Source: Gemmataceae bacterium (GTDB lineage: Bacteria > Planctomycetota > Planctomycetia > Gemmatales > Gemmataceae). Taken from it: a DNA stretch of 31,665 nucleotides. The position numbers were made by a program, and so were the translations under genes. Of this stretch, positions 8,537-16,350 are shown piece by piece. A model generated the notes under the pieces. It was not told the DNA's origin. It saw only the letters and a program-made list of their open reading frames with translations, and did no database searches. The DNA is taken from assembly GCA_035637055.1 (NCBI GenBank), contig DASPXY010000347.1, positions 1-31,665 on the forward strand, given 5' to 3'. Position 1 is the first letter of the stretch, and each line of letters begins with the position of its first letter.

Positions 8537-8597
8537 CGCAAGGGCCCGAGAGCCTTCCTCCTCCCAGGTCGTGCAGTAGACGCTCCCGAAGTGCAAC

Positions 8598-8627
8598 CGG
8601 GCTGCCCGGAGGATTCCGGGCAGCCCG
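8598..8627. terminator. GC-rich 13-bp hairpin, probable (possibly bidirectional) terminator
   Basis: CGGGCTGCCCGGA, loop GGAT, TCCGGGCAGCCCG. It lies about 25 nt past the stop of the minus-strand gene at 8652, between convergent genes. The U-tract is weak. Confidence 0.55.
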
Positions 8628-8651
8628 TGCTGTTTCAGGCGGCCAGAAACA

Positions 8652-9050
8652 TTAGAGTTTCTCCAAGTAAGCCAGAACCTCCGCAGTGGTGTACGTCCTC
8701 CCCTTGTCTTCCATTCGGCGCTGCAACTCTTCCTTGCTGATCTGAGGTTCCAAGTTCTCGTACTGCGATTTGTCGAAGGGCGGCCAGAAGTACCCCAACA
8801 CTCGGCCGGTCTCATCGCAAAGATCCACAGGCCCAAAGGGTATGTGAAGTTTGCTGGCCATTGCCGCATCGACGACGATCCTGGCGTCATCCTCTTCCGG
8901 TTTGGTGGAGGATGCGTTTTGTTGCCCCGATTTGTTAAGGGGTGGCGAAAAGTCCCCCAACAGCTGGCCGACTTCGCTGTACACTTTCGCATGGCCAGGA
9001 CGATTTTGGAATTTGCTGGCCATCGCCCCATCGACAACGATCCTGGTCAT
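8652..9050 (-). CDS. Antitoxin-like hypothetical protein with a duplicated N-terminal module; paralog of 29197-29439
   Basis: AAGGAG RBS 6 nt before ATG. Two repeats, TRIVVDGAMASKF...GQLLGDFSPP and ARIVVDAAMASKL...GRVLGYFWPP. C-terminal EPQISKEEL...YTTAEVLAYLEKL aligns with SPEVTEEEL...YTTEEVLAHLKTL of the 29.3-kb antitoxin. Confidence 0.75.
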   Translation of the reverse strand: MTRIVVDGAMASKFQNRPGHAKVYSEVGQLLGDFSPPLNKSGQQNASSTKPEEDDARIVVDAAMASKLHIPFGPVDLCDETGRVLGYFWPPFDKSQYENLEPQISKEELQRRMEDKGRTYTTAEVLAYLEKL

Positions 9051-9088
9051 GGTATGCTCCTTTCCGCGTTGCTGGTCTCGCTCGTGGG

Positions 9089-9094
9089 ATTGTA
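9089..9094 (-). promoter_or_regulatory. Candidate sigma70 -10 element (TACAAT) for the antitoxin-like gene
   Basis: The minus strand reads TACAAT about 40 nt upstream of ATG 9050. TTCCCC lies 18 nt further upstream and is a poor -35. Confidence 0.4.
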
Positions 9095-9126
9095 GCGCAG
9101 CACCCGCAGAGCGGGGAACAGAATTC

Positions 9127-10650
9127 TCACGGCGGACCGCCGACCTCAGCCTCTTGCGGCGCGATCTCAGGCTCGGGCTTGCGCGCCTCGCCCTCCGGCG
9201 GGTTGACGGGGATAGGCTCCTGCTTCTCGACCTTCGGCGCCGCCTTGACGCCGTCCGGCGCCAGCTTACCCAGGTTCTCGAACAGGTACGCCAGCGACGC
9301 CATCAGCTTGCGGAAGTCGCCCGCGTCGAGGCTCTCGTCGGGCGCGTGGGCGTTTGTCTTCGGATCTTCGATGCCGAGCATGATCGCAGGGGCCCCGCCG
9401 AACAGTTCCGCCAGCGGCCCGACGAAGCCGATGCTGCCGCCGCAGCCGATCGCCACCGGCTTCTCGCCGTAGCCCGCCTTCAGCGCCTTCAGCGCCGCCT
9501 CGAACGCCGGCCCGTTCGGATCGGTCATCCACCACCCCACCGACCCCGCCGGCTTGACCGTTACCTTCACCCCCCACGGCGGATCCTTCGTCAAATAGTT
9601 TTTGACCTGCTCGTACACCTCGTCGGGATTTTGATCCGGCACGATGCGGCAACTGACGATCGCCGACGCCTTCGGCAGCACCTGGTTCGAGGCCCCCTTG
9701 ATCGAACTGGCCTCCAGGGCAATGATCGTCGCCGAGGGCAATCGCCATGTCTGCTCGTACGGGTGGACGCCCTTGGCCATCGCGAAGTTCACGCCGTCGA
9801 GCACGCCCATCTCCTTGCGCCATTTCGCATCATTGCCGGGCAGGCCCTTGAAGGTCTTGCGTTCCTTGGCGGTGAGCTTGCGGACCTTGTCGTAAATGCC
9901 CGGAATGGGCAGTTTGCCGTTCTTGCCATAGAGCCGCGACAGGAGCACGTTGAGGGCAATGGCGGCGTCGGCGAGCATGCCGCCTGCCATGCCGCTATGC
10001 ACCGGCTTGGTCGCGCTCTCGACGTCCACCTGCATCGCCACGATGCCGCGCAGCGAATACGTGATGCTCGGAATGCCGGTGTCGATGTTCTCCGTGTCGC
10101 AAACGACGATCACGTCCGCCTTGATGCGCTCCTTCTGCTCCTCGAAGAACCTGTTGAGGTTGCTCGATCCGACCTCCTCCTCGCCCTCGACCAGCATCTT
10201 GACGTTGACCGGCAGATCGCCGCCCGTCTTGAGGAACGCGGCGATGGCACCGAGCTGCACGGCAATGGCGCCTTTATCGTCGGCGCTGCCGCGACCGTAG
10301 AGTCGCCCCTCACGCTCGGTCAACGTCCAGGGGGGCGAATGCCATTTGCCCTCGTCAATATCCTTTTGATGGACCGGCTGCACGTCGTGGTGAGCGTAGA
10401 GGAAGACGGTCGGCTTGTCGGGGGCGCCCAGCCATTCGCCGTAGGCGTAGGGATTGGCGTTGCCGCAGCGCAGAATATCGACGTTCTGCAGGCCCGCCGC
10501 GCGCATCTGTTCGCAGGTCAGCGCGGCGCTGCGTTCGAGTTCCTGCTGATGTTCGCCGTCGGTGCTGACACTCGGGATAGCGACCAGATCGGCCAGCGCC
10601 TTGACCTGTTGCGCCTCGTTCGCCTTCAGCCAGTCCAGAGCTTGCTGCAT
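9127..10650 (-). CDS. M20/M25/M40 family metallopeptidase (dipeptidase, ArgE/DapE/Dug1-like)
   Basis: Motifs YAHHDVQP, LYGRGSADDKG, VEGEEEVGS, CDT, GGSIGF and NAHAPDE. ATG 10650 is chosen for its GAGGA RBS. Confidence 0.92.
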   Translation of the reverse strand: MQQALDWLKANEAQQVKALADLVAIPSVSTDGEHQQELERSAALTCEQMRAAGLQNVDILRCGNANPYAYGEWLGAPDKPTVFLYAHHDVQPVHQKDIDEGKWHSPPWTLTEREGRLYGRGSADDKGAIAVQLGAIAAFLKTGGDLPVNVKMLVEGEEEVGSSNLNRFFEEQKERIKADVIVVCDTENIDTGIPSITYSLRGIVAMQVDVESATKPVHSGMAGGMLADAAIALNVLLSRLYGKNGKLPIPGIYDKVRKLTAKERKTFKGLPGNDAKWRKEMGVLDGVNFAMAKGVHPYEQTWRLPSATIIALEASSIKGASNQVLPKASAIVSCRIVPDQNPDEVYEQVKNYLTKDPPWGVKVTVKPAGSVGWWMTDPNGPAFEAALKALKAGYGEKPVAIGCGGSIGFVGPLAELFGGAPAIMLGIEDPKTNAHAPDESLDAGDFRKLMASLAYLFENLGKLAPDGVKAAPKVEKQEPIPVNPPEGEARKPEPEIAPQEAEVGGPP

Positions 10651-10727
10651 GACACGGTTCCTCATCGGGATAGTTTGATGGGGAAAGTGTATGCGCAGCG
10701 ACCCTCCGCGTTTAGCTGCGGAGCGAA

Positions 10728-10833
10728 AACCCCTCCCCCCAACCCCCTCCCCGCAACGGAGAGGGGGAGAAGAAGAGACGTGTCTGGCTTGCTCCCCCTC
10801 TCCTTGCAGGGGAGGGGGTTGGGGGGAGGGGTT
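10728..10833. repeat. Family A C-rich/G-rich palindromic element, copy 1
   Basis: 25-bp perfect terminal IR AACCCCTCCCCCCAACCCCCTCCCC / GGGGAGGGGGTTGGGGGGAGGGGTT, plus inner IR GGAGAGGGGGAG / CTCCCCCTCTCC. Confidence 0.92.
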
Positions 10834-10839
10834 CTGACG

Positions 10840-11274
10840 CTACACAGGACGTCCGAACACGCCGAGGCGGTTGAGGAACACGAGACTGCCGACGATGGTG
10901 GCTGCGATGCTGGCCAGCAAGACGGCGCCGGCGGCGATGTCCAGCGAAGGCCAGGTGCGTTTCTTGGTCTCATCGTCCAGGCCGCGGAACAGCGTTTCGA
11001 TGGCGCTGTTGAACAGCTCCGCCGTCAGTACCGCCCCAATGCAGCCCAGCAACAGGCACCACTCGATGAGATTACAGCTGAGGACGATGGCGCCGGCCAC
11101 GACCAGGGCGGAGAAGAAGAAGTGGACGAAGAAACTGGAATGACCGCGGATGCCCAGTTTCAGCCCGCGGAAGGCGTCGCCGAACTTGTGCCGCCACGGC
11201 CGCGGCGGCCTCGTCTGCGCCGGCGGCTCGGCCGGCTCGGGCACGACAACAGGAGACTGCGGAAACGCGGTCAT
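10840..11274 (-). CDS. dgkA: Diacylglycerol/undecaprenol kinase (prokaryotic DgkA family)
   Basis: KFGDAFRGLKLGIRGHSSFFVH...AELFNSAIE...DIAAGAVLL, with three hydrophobic helices. Confidence 0.88.
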   Translation of the reverse strand: MTAFPQSPVVVPEPAEPPAQTRPPRPWRHKFGDAFRGLKLGIRGHSSFFVHFFFSALVVAGAIVLSCNLIEWCLLLGCIGAVLTAELFNSAIETLFRGLDDETKKRTWPSLDIAAGAVLLASIAATIVGSLVFLNRLGVFGRPV

Positions 11275-11369
11275 ATTTGAGCAGTGGACAGGCGTTAGTT
11301 ATCAGTTGTTCGGAAAGACAGGAAACCCCACACAACCGGCACCTCCTGATATAAGCTGGCCTGTCGTTT

Positions 11370-11404
11370 CTGACAACTGACAACTGCCGACTGACAACCG
11401 ACAA
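11370..11404 (+). repeat. Heptamer tandem repeat (CTGACAA)x5, with a degenerate inverted arm at about 11293-11313
   Basis: Units CTGACAA, CTGACAA, CTGCCGA, CTGACAA, CCGACAA. The upstream GTTAGTTATCAGTTGTT is a degenerate reverse complement. Confidence 0.8.
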
Positions 11405-11420
11405 CCCCCGATGATATAAT
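11391..11420 (+). promoter_or_regulatory. Candidate sigma70 promoter for the uvrD-like gene (cTGACA-18-TATAAT, extended -10 TGaTATAAT)
   Basis: TG at 11412-11413, consensus TATAAT at 11415-11420, CTGACA at 11391-11396. The ATG is at 11480. Confidence 0.65.
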
Positions 11421-11479
11421 CGGCGGGATGATGCAGGGGTGGGTGATAAAGGTAGGCAACCAGCGCGGACGATGAGCCC

Positions 11480-14416
11480 ATGGACAACCTGCAGACCGTG
11501 ATGGGCCTGACGTTCTTCCCGCAGCAATGGTGCGCGGTGACCGCCCCGGTTGGCCCCGTGCTGGTGCTGGCTGGCCCAGGCGCCGGCAAGACACGCTGTC
11601 TGACCGGCCGCATCGGTTACCTTCTCGCCCATCACAACGCCGATCCGCAGCGCATTTGCGCCATCACCTTCACCAACAAGGCCGCGCAGGAAATCGCCGA
11701 CCGTCTGCGACACGGCCTCGGCGACCTCGTCGAAGCGCTGAAGCTGGGCACGATCCACGCCCTTTGCCTGGAATTCCTCCGCGAGCATGGCCGCCGTCTC
11801 GGTCTGCCGAGCGGCTTCGGGGTGGCCGACGACGAACATCAGCGCCTCGTGCTGGCGCGGCTGGGCGTACCGTCGAAGCGACACGGTCAACTCCTGCTCC
11901 TCTTCGGCCGTCGCCGCTTGCAGGGACACACGCTCAGCCAGCAAGACGAGGCCCTGTTTGGCCGCTACCAGCGCGAGTTGCGCTCCAACCATCTCATCGA
12001 CTTCGACGAGATTTTGCAGCTGACCCACCTCCTCTTGCGGGACACCCCGGCGATCCTCGACGGCTACCGCGGCCGCTGGGATCATGTCCTTATCGACGAG
12101 TGCCAGGATCTCGACGCGACGCAGTACGCCATCCTGAAACTCCTGGCCGACAGTCACCGCAGCCTGTTCGCCGTCGGCGATGACGAGCAGTCGATTTTCT
12201 CCTGGCGCGGAGCCGATCCGAGGGTGCTGGCCCGCTTCGTGACGGACTTCGGCATCGATGAGCCGATCGTGCTCGACGTGAACTGCCGCTGCGCCCGAGG
12301 GATCTTCGACGCCGCTCGCCGCATCCTGCCGTCGGCCCAGCCGTTGTTTGAGAAAAAGATAACAGCGATCCGTGAATCATCATTTAACGTCCGGGCGATT
12401 GGCTTCGCCGACGAGACGGAGGAGGCTCCCTGGATCCTCGACGATCTGCGCCAGGAGATCGCGACTGGCCTGCGGCCCGGCGATTGTGCTGTCCTGTATC
12501 GCACCCACCAGGCCGGGCGGGTGTTCGAGGAGGCGCTGGTGGCTGCGGGCATTCCGTGCCGGCTGGCGCGCGGCCAGTCGCTCTCGGACGACAAGGTGAT
12601 CGCGCGGGTGTTGGCGGCGCTGCGGGTCGTCGCGAACCCCGACGCCGACCTGCACGTTGAAAGCCTCGCCGCCAAGGTTTTTTCCGAGCCGCTGTTGGCC
12701 GAGATCAAACGGCGGCCGGGCGCGACCTTTCTCGCGCGACTGCGGATCAACGCGGAACAGACGCACGGACCCGACGCCGGTCGCTGCTGGCGCTTCCTCT
12801 ATCAAGCGGAGAACCTCAAGGGACTGGGCCGATTGCAAGGCGATCTGCATGGCCTGGTGCAGGCGGTGCTGGCCCAGGGGATCGGCGAGTACGAGGGGCC
12901 GCTGGAGGCACGCCACGAACGCCTGGACGACCCCGAGGCGCTGCCGTCGGCGGTGGCCCTCGCCGAAACCCTGCTCGCCGTCGAGCAGCGACGCGGCCGC
13001 ATCCTCCTCGCTCCCGCTGGCGGGCTGGAGATCGTCGCCCGCGTGATGATCCGCAGCGTGTTGCGCGGCCTGACGGTGGAGCACCTCCGCGCAGCGGGAG
13101 CGGCATTGCCTGGCGACCGGGTCTTCTGGAAGCCCACAGGCCCCGGGCCATGGCCGTTCTCGCCGGGTGAGGAGCGACTGCAAAGCGTCGTCCTCATTAA
13201 GGCGCTGCAGATCATCGAGGGGCGGCGCTATCGCAAGGGGCTGACGGACTACGTCGTTTTCGACACCGAGACGACCGGCAAGGACGTCCAGCATGCCGAG
13301 GTGATCGAACTCGCCGCCGTGCGGGTGCGTGGCGGGCGCGTGGTGGATACGTTCCAGTCGCTGGTGTCGTGTACCAAGCCAATCCCGCCCGGAGCGACCG
13401 CGGTACACGGCTACACCGACGCCGACCTGCGCGGCCAGCCCGCACTTTCCGAGGTGTGGCCGCGATTCCGTGCGTTCGCCGGCGACGACGTCCTGGTGGT
13501 GCATAACGGGCGTCAGTACGACGTACCGCTGCTGGAGCGACTGACAGCTGGTTGGGGCGGCACCGAGGGGATGTTCTTCTTCGATACGCTGCCGCTCGCT
13601 CGGAGCCTCTTCCCCGCTGGCAGCCTGCGGCTCGTGGACCTGGCCGCGCGCTTCGGAGTCGATACCGGCCGCGGACATCACGCCCTCGACGACTCGCTGT
13701 GCCTGGTCGGCGTGTTCGAGCACTTGCAGGAGGAGCGGCTGCGGCGCTGGCGCAAGACGTGCCTGGCGGAGTTGCTGGACTGCGTCGCTCTCGGGGCGGC
13801 GATCGAGGGACGCACCGACCTGCACCCCGAAGATCAGGCCTTTGTCGAGGCGGCGCGCTGGAGCGAGCTGCGCCGTCCGCCGGCGGTCGTCGATGCCTAC
13901 ACCGAGGAGGCCGAACGCTTCGGATTGCACTGTCCCTCACTCGACGAGTTACTCGGGCGCATGGGCACCCCCGGATGGAAGGGCGGCCGCGGCGACCCGG
14001 CCGGACACGAGCGCCCCGCGGAGTCGCATGCGCGGCTGTCGCGTGTGGTGGCCCTCGTCAAGACGGCTCCGCTGGACGAGGCAGTGCGCGCCCTGCTCGA
14101 CAAGGTCGCCCTGTCCACGTCGGAGGGAGCAAGCGTCGATCCGGAGCGCGTAAGTCTCCTGACCTTCCACTCGACGAAGGGGCTGGAGTTCGGCCGCGTC
14201 TACATTGTCGGAGTCGAGGATTTCCAGCTGCCGGGTTACTACGCGATGACGGAGAAGCGCGCCGAGGACATCCACGAGGCACGGCGGCTGCTCTACGTGG
14301 CGATGACGCGGGCGAAGGATCGGCTGACGCTGACCTGGTGCAAGGAGCGCGCCGGCAAGCCGACTGGCGGCACGATGTTCCTCGACGAGATGGGCCTGAC
14401 GCAGGGAAAGGCGTGA
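11480..14416 (+). CDS. UvrD/PcrA-type SF1A helicase with an inserted DEDDh 3'-5' exonuclease domain
   Basis: Helicase motifs GPGAGKT, ITFTNKAA, IDECQD, VGDDEQSIFSWRGA, TFHSTKGLEF and EARRLLYVAMTRAK. Exonuclease motifs FDTETTG, HNGRQYD and HHALDD at about 13250-13726. Confidence 0.92.
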   Translation: MDNLQTVMGLTFFPQQWCAVTAPVGPVLVLAGPGAGKTRCLTGRIGYLLAHHNADPQRICAITFTNKAAQEIADRLRHGLGDLVEALKLGTIHALCLEFLREHGRRLGLPSGFGVADDEHQRLVLARLGVPSKRHGQLLLLFGRRRLQGHTLSQQDEALFGRYQRELRSNHLIDFDEILQLTHLLLRDTPAILDGYRGRWDHVLIDECQDLDATQYAILKLLADSHRSLFAVGDDEQSIFSWRGADPRVLARFVTDFGIDEPIVLDVNCRCARGIFDAARRILPSAQPLFEKKITAIRESSFNVRAIGFADETEEAPWILDDLRQEIATGLRPGDCAVLYRTHQAGRVFEEALVAAGIPCRLARGQSLSDDKVIARVLAALRVVANPDADLHVESLAAKVFSEPLLAEIKRRPGATFLARLRINAEQTHGPDAGRCWRFLYQAENLKGLGRLQGDLHGLVQAVLAQGIGEYEGPLEARHERLDDPEALPSAVALAETLLAVEQRRGRILLAPAGGLEIVARVMIRSVLRGLTVEHLRAAGAALPGDRVFWKPTGPGPWPFSPGEERLQSVVLIKALQIIEGRRYRKGLTDYVVFDTETTGKDVQHAEVIELAAVRVRGGRVVDTFQSLVSCTKPIPPGATAVHGYTDADLRGQPALSEVWPRFRAFAGDDVLVVHNGRQYDVPLLERLTAGWGGTEGMFFFDTLPLARSLFPAGSLRLVDLAARFGVDTGRGHHALDDSLCLVGVFEHLQEERLRRWRKTCLAELLDCVALGAAIEGRTDLHPEDQAFVEAARWSELRRPPAVVDAYTEEAERFGLHCPSLDELLGRMGTPGWKGGRGDPAGHERPAESHARLSRVVALVKTAPLDEAVRALLDKVALSTSEGASVDPERVSLLTFHSTKGLEFGRVYIVGVEDFQLPGYYAMTEKRAEDIHEARRLLYVAMTRAKDRLTLTWCKERAGKPTGGTMFLDEMGLTQGKA

Positions 14417-14443
14417 GGACTATTATGGCGGCGCGAAAGCTCG

Positions 14444-14548
14444 TCACACAAGCCCGGAGCGCCAGCGACGGGACGGTAGCATAGTCCCGTCGCTGGCGCT
14501 CCGGGCTTGTGTGATGATGGTCCCGTTGCTGGCACTCCGGGCTTGTGT
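14444..14548. repeat. Family B REP-like cluster: perfect 31-bp inverted pair plus a third diverged copy
   Basis: TCACACAAGCCCGGAGCGCCAGCGACGGGAC (14444-14474), 9-nt loop, exact reverse complement (14484-14514), then GTCCCGTTGCTGGCACTCCGGGCTTGTGT (14520-14548). Confidence 0.92.
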
Positions 14549-14618
14549 AATACTGCTGTGCCGGACTAATCGGAGCAACCGGCTGTAGCCGAGTGCTTTT
14601 CCCCTGTCGGACGAAATA

Positions 14619-14627
14619 TGCTACGAT
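14619..14627 (+). promoter_or_regulatory. Candidate extended -10 promoter (TGcTACGAT) for the FHA/APH genes
   Basis: TGCTACGAT lies about 80 nt upstream of ATG 14706. TTCCCC is 17 nt upstream of the hexamer. Confidence 0.35.
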
Positions 14628-14705
14628 TACGATACACGGCGGCTCCGCGACACGGTCCGCGGACCTCCATCGTCCCAGCACGAAGTCTCAGAAAGGATCT
14701 CGCGG

Positions 14706-15287
14706 ATGACCTTACCGCTCGCCCAAGACGGGCCGGACGCAAGAATCGTCGACAACCTTCACGTCCCGTTGCCTTTTCCTGTCACCGATCCGCCGAACCA
14801 CGAAAGCGAAGAGCCGGTATCATTCGCGGGCCTATCGTTCGAGGGAGGCGGCCTGACGCTCTGGTGCGATCCGGGGACAACTATGGTCGAGAGCCCCCAG
14901 TCGGAAATCCAACTCCAACTCCAACCGGGGAAGCCCGTGGTGATTGGACGGCAGCAGGGCGGACGGGTTCCCTATCTCGATCCGGCCTACACCCCGACAC
15001 GGGTGCTGCCCGACACGAATCGATCGGTCCTGACGATGGCCGGCGACGGCAAAGATATCACTGTCAGCCGAGGCCATTTCCTCCTGCGGGCCACGGCCGA
15101 AGGGCTACTGCTTCTCAACGGTGTGCCGCGCCGTGGCGGCGGAGTGCGGCCACCGCTCAACGGCACCTGGCTGCTCGAACCCGAAAGACGCCCTCTCGGG
15201 GATGGTGAGGAGTATCTCATCGCGACCGGGTCCTCGGCCAGGATTCGCCTGCCCAACGGGGCCAAGGTGCGCATCCGCGGAGCCTGA
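14706..15287 (+). CDS. Stand-alone FHA-domain protein with loop insertions
   Basis: FHA signature residues appear in order: VVIGRQ, ITVSRGH, LNGTWL. The start codon is uncertain. Confidence 0.7.
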   Translation: MTLPLAQDGPDARIVDNLHVPLPFPVTDPPNHESEEPVSFAGLSFEGGGLTLWCDPGTTMVESPQSEIQLQLQPGKPVVIGRQQGGRVPYLDPAYTPTRVLPDTNRSVLTMAGDGKDITVSRGHFLLRATAEGLLLLNGVPRRGGGVRPPLNGTWLLEPERRPLGDGEEYLIATGSSARIRLPNGAKVRIRGA

Positions 15288-15289
15288 CG

Positions 15290-16204
15290 ATGACCCAGGC
15301 ATGGACCGCTGAGTGTAGCGTCTCGGCCGACCTCGCCCGCTCGCTGATCGAGGCTCAGTTCCCGCAGATGGTGTTGGCGTCGGTGGAGCCCTTCGGGGCC
15401 GGCTGGGACAATACCGCCTTCCTCGTCAACGACACCCTTGTCTTCCGCTTCCCGCGCCGGCAAATCGCCGTGCCGCTGCTGGAGGCCGAGGCTCGTCTGC
15501 TGCCCGTCCTCGCCGAGCGGCTGCCGCTGCCGATCCCCGTGCCCACCTTCGTCGGCCCCCCCACCGCGAGCTACCCGTGGCCCTTCGGCGGCTATCCGCT
15601 CCTTCCCGGCCGGACTGCCTGCTCCGCCAACCTCGACGACGAACAGCGGCAGGCCCTCGCCGCGCCGCTGGCGCGCTTCCTGGCCACCCTCCACACGACC
15701 CCTGCTGCCTGGGCCGCCCATCACGGCGCCGGGCCAGATCCCATCGAGCGCCTGGATATCGCCCGCCGCCTCCCGCGCCTGCGCGAGTTGCTGGCGCAGT
15801 TCGCCGCGCACCATCTCGTCGAGGACGTCCGCCCGCTCACGGCTCTCGCCGACGCGGCACCCGCCGTCTATGTCCCGCGCGCGGATACCCTGGTCCACGG
15901 CGACCTCTACGTGCGCCATCTCCTCGTCAACGAGGACAAACGCCTGGCTGGGGTGATCGACTGGGGCGACATCCACCTCGGCGATCCCGCGGCCGACCTG
16001 ATGGTCGCTCACAGTTTCCTTCCGCCGACGGCACACGACGCCTTCCGCGCCGCCTACGGGCAAATGGACAGCACCGCCTGGAACATCGCTCGCCTACGTG
16101 CTCTCTGGCACACGGCGAACGTGCTGAGCTACGCCCAGGATGTCGGTGATGTCGATCTGCTGCGCGAGGGCCAGCGCGGACTGCGGTATCTCGCCCTGAC
16201 GTGA
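15290..16204 (+). CDS. Aminoglycoside/choline phosphotransferase (APH)-family kinase
   Basis: GAGWDN, VFRFPR, LVHGDL (Brenner motif) and GVIDWGD. It starts 2 nt after the FHA stop. Confidence 0.9.
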   Translation: MTQAWTAECSVSADLARSLIEAQFPQMVLASVEPFGAGWDNTAFLVNDTLVFRFPRRQIAVPLLEAEARLLPVLAERLPLPIPVPTFVGPPTASYPWPFGGYPLLPGRTACSANLDDEQRQALAAPLARFLATLHTTPAAWAAHHGAGPDPIERLDIARRLPRLRELLAQFAAHHLVEDVRPLTALADAAPAVYVPRADTLVHGDLYVRHLLVNEDKRLAGVIDWGDIHLGDPAADLMVAHSFLPPTAHDAFRAAYGQMDSTAWNIARLRALWHTANVLSYAQDVGDVDLLREGQRGLRYLALT

Positions 16205-16350
16205 GCCGGGGAAAAGCCCGCGGGCCGCGGCCCGTGGGCTTGAGGCGGTTGCCACACGGAAGGGGCTGTGGTAGCCTGAGACCAGCGCCTAACGTCCCAT
16301 CGGCCGCTTGTGAGCGTCGGTTCGTGGCCCGCGAAGAAGGAACGTGCGAC

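Noticed and set aside
8536-8630. Possible structured ncRNA (tRNA, SRP, 6S or riboswitch)
   Set aside because: No diagnostic motif was found on either strand. An Infernal/Rfam scan would be needed.
8851-11280. 809-aa plus-strand ORF
   Set aside because: It is an antisense shadow of the M20 peptidase and dgkA and runs through a repeat element.
15290-16204. APH as an aminoglycoside or macrolide resistance gene
   Set aside because: The motifs identify only the broad phosphotransferase fold. There is no mobile context or recognisable resistance allele.
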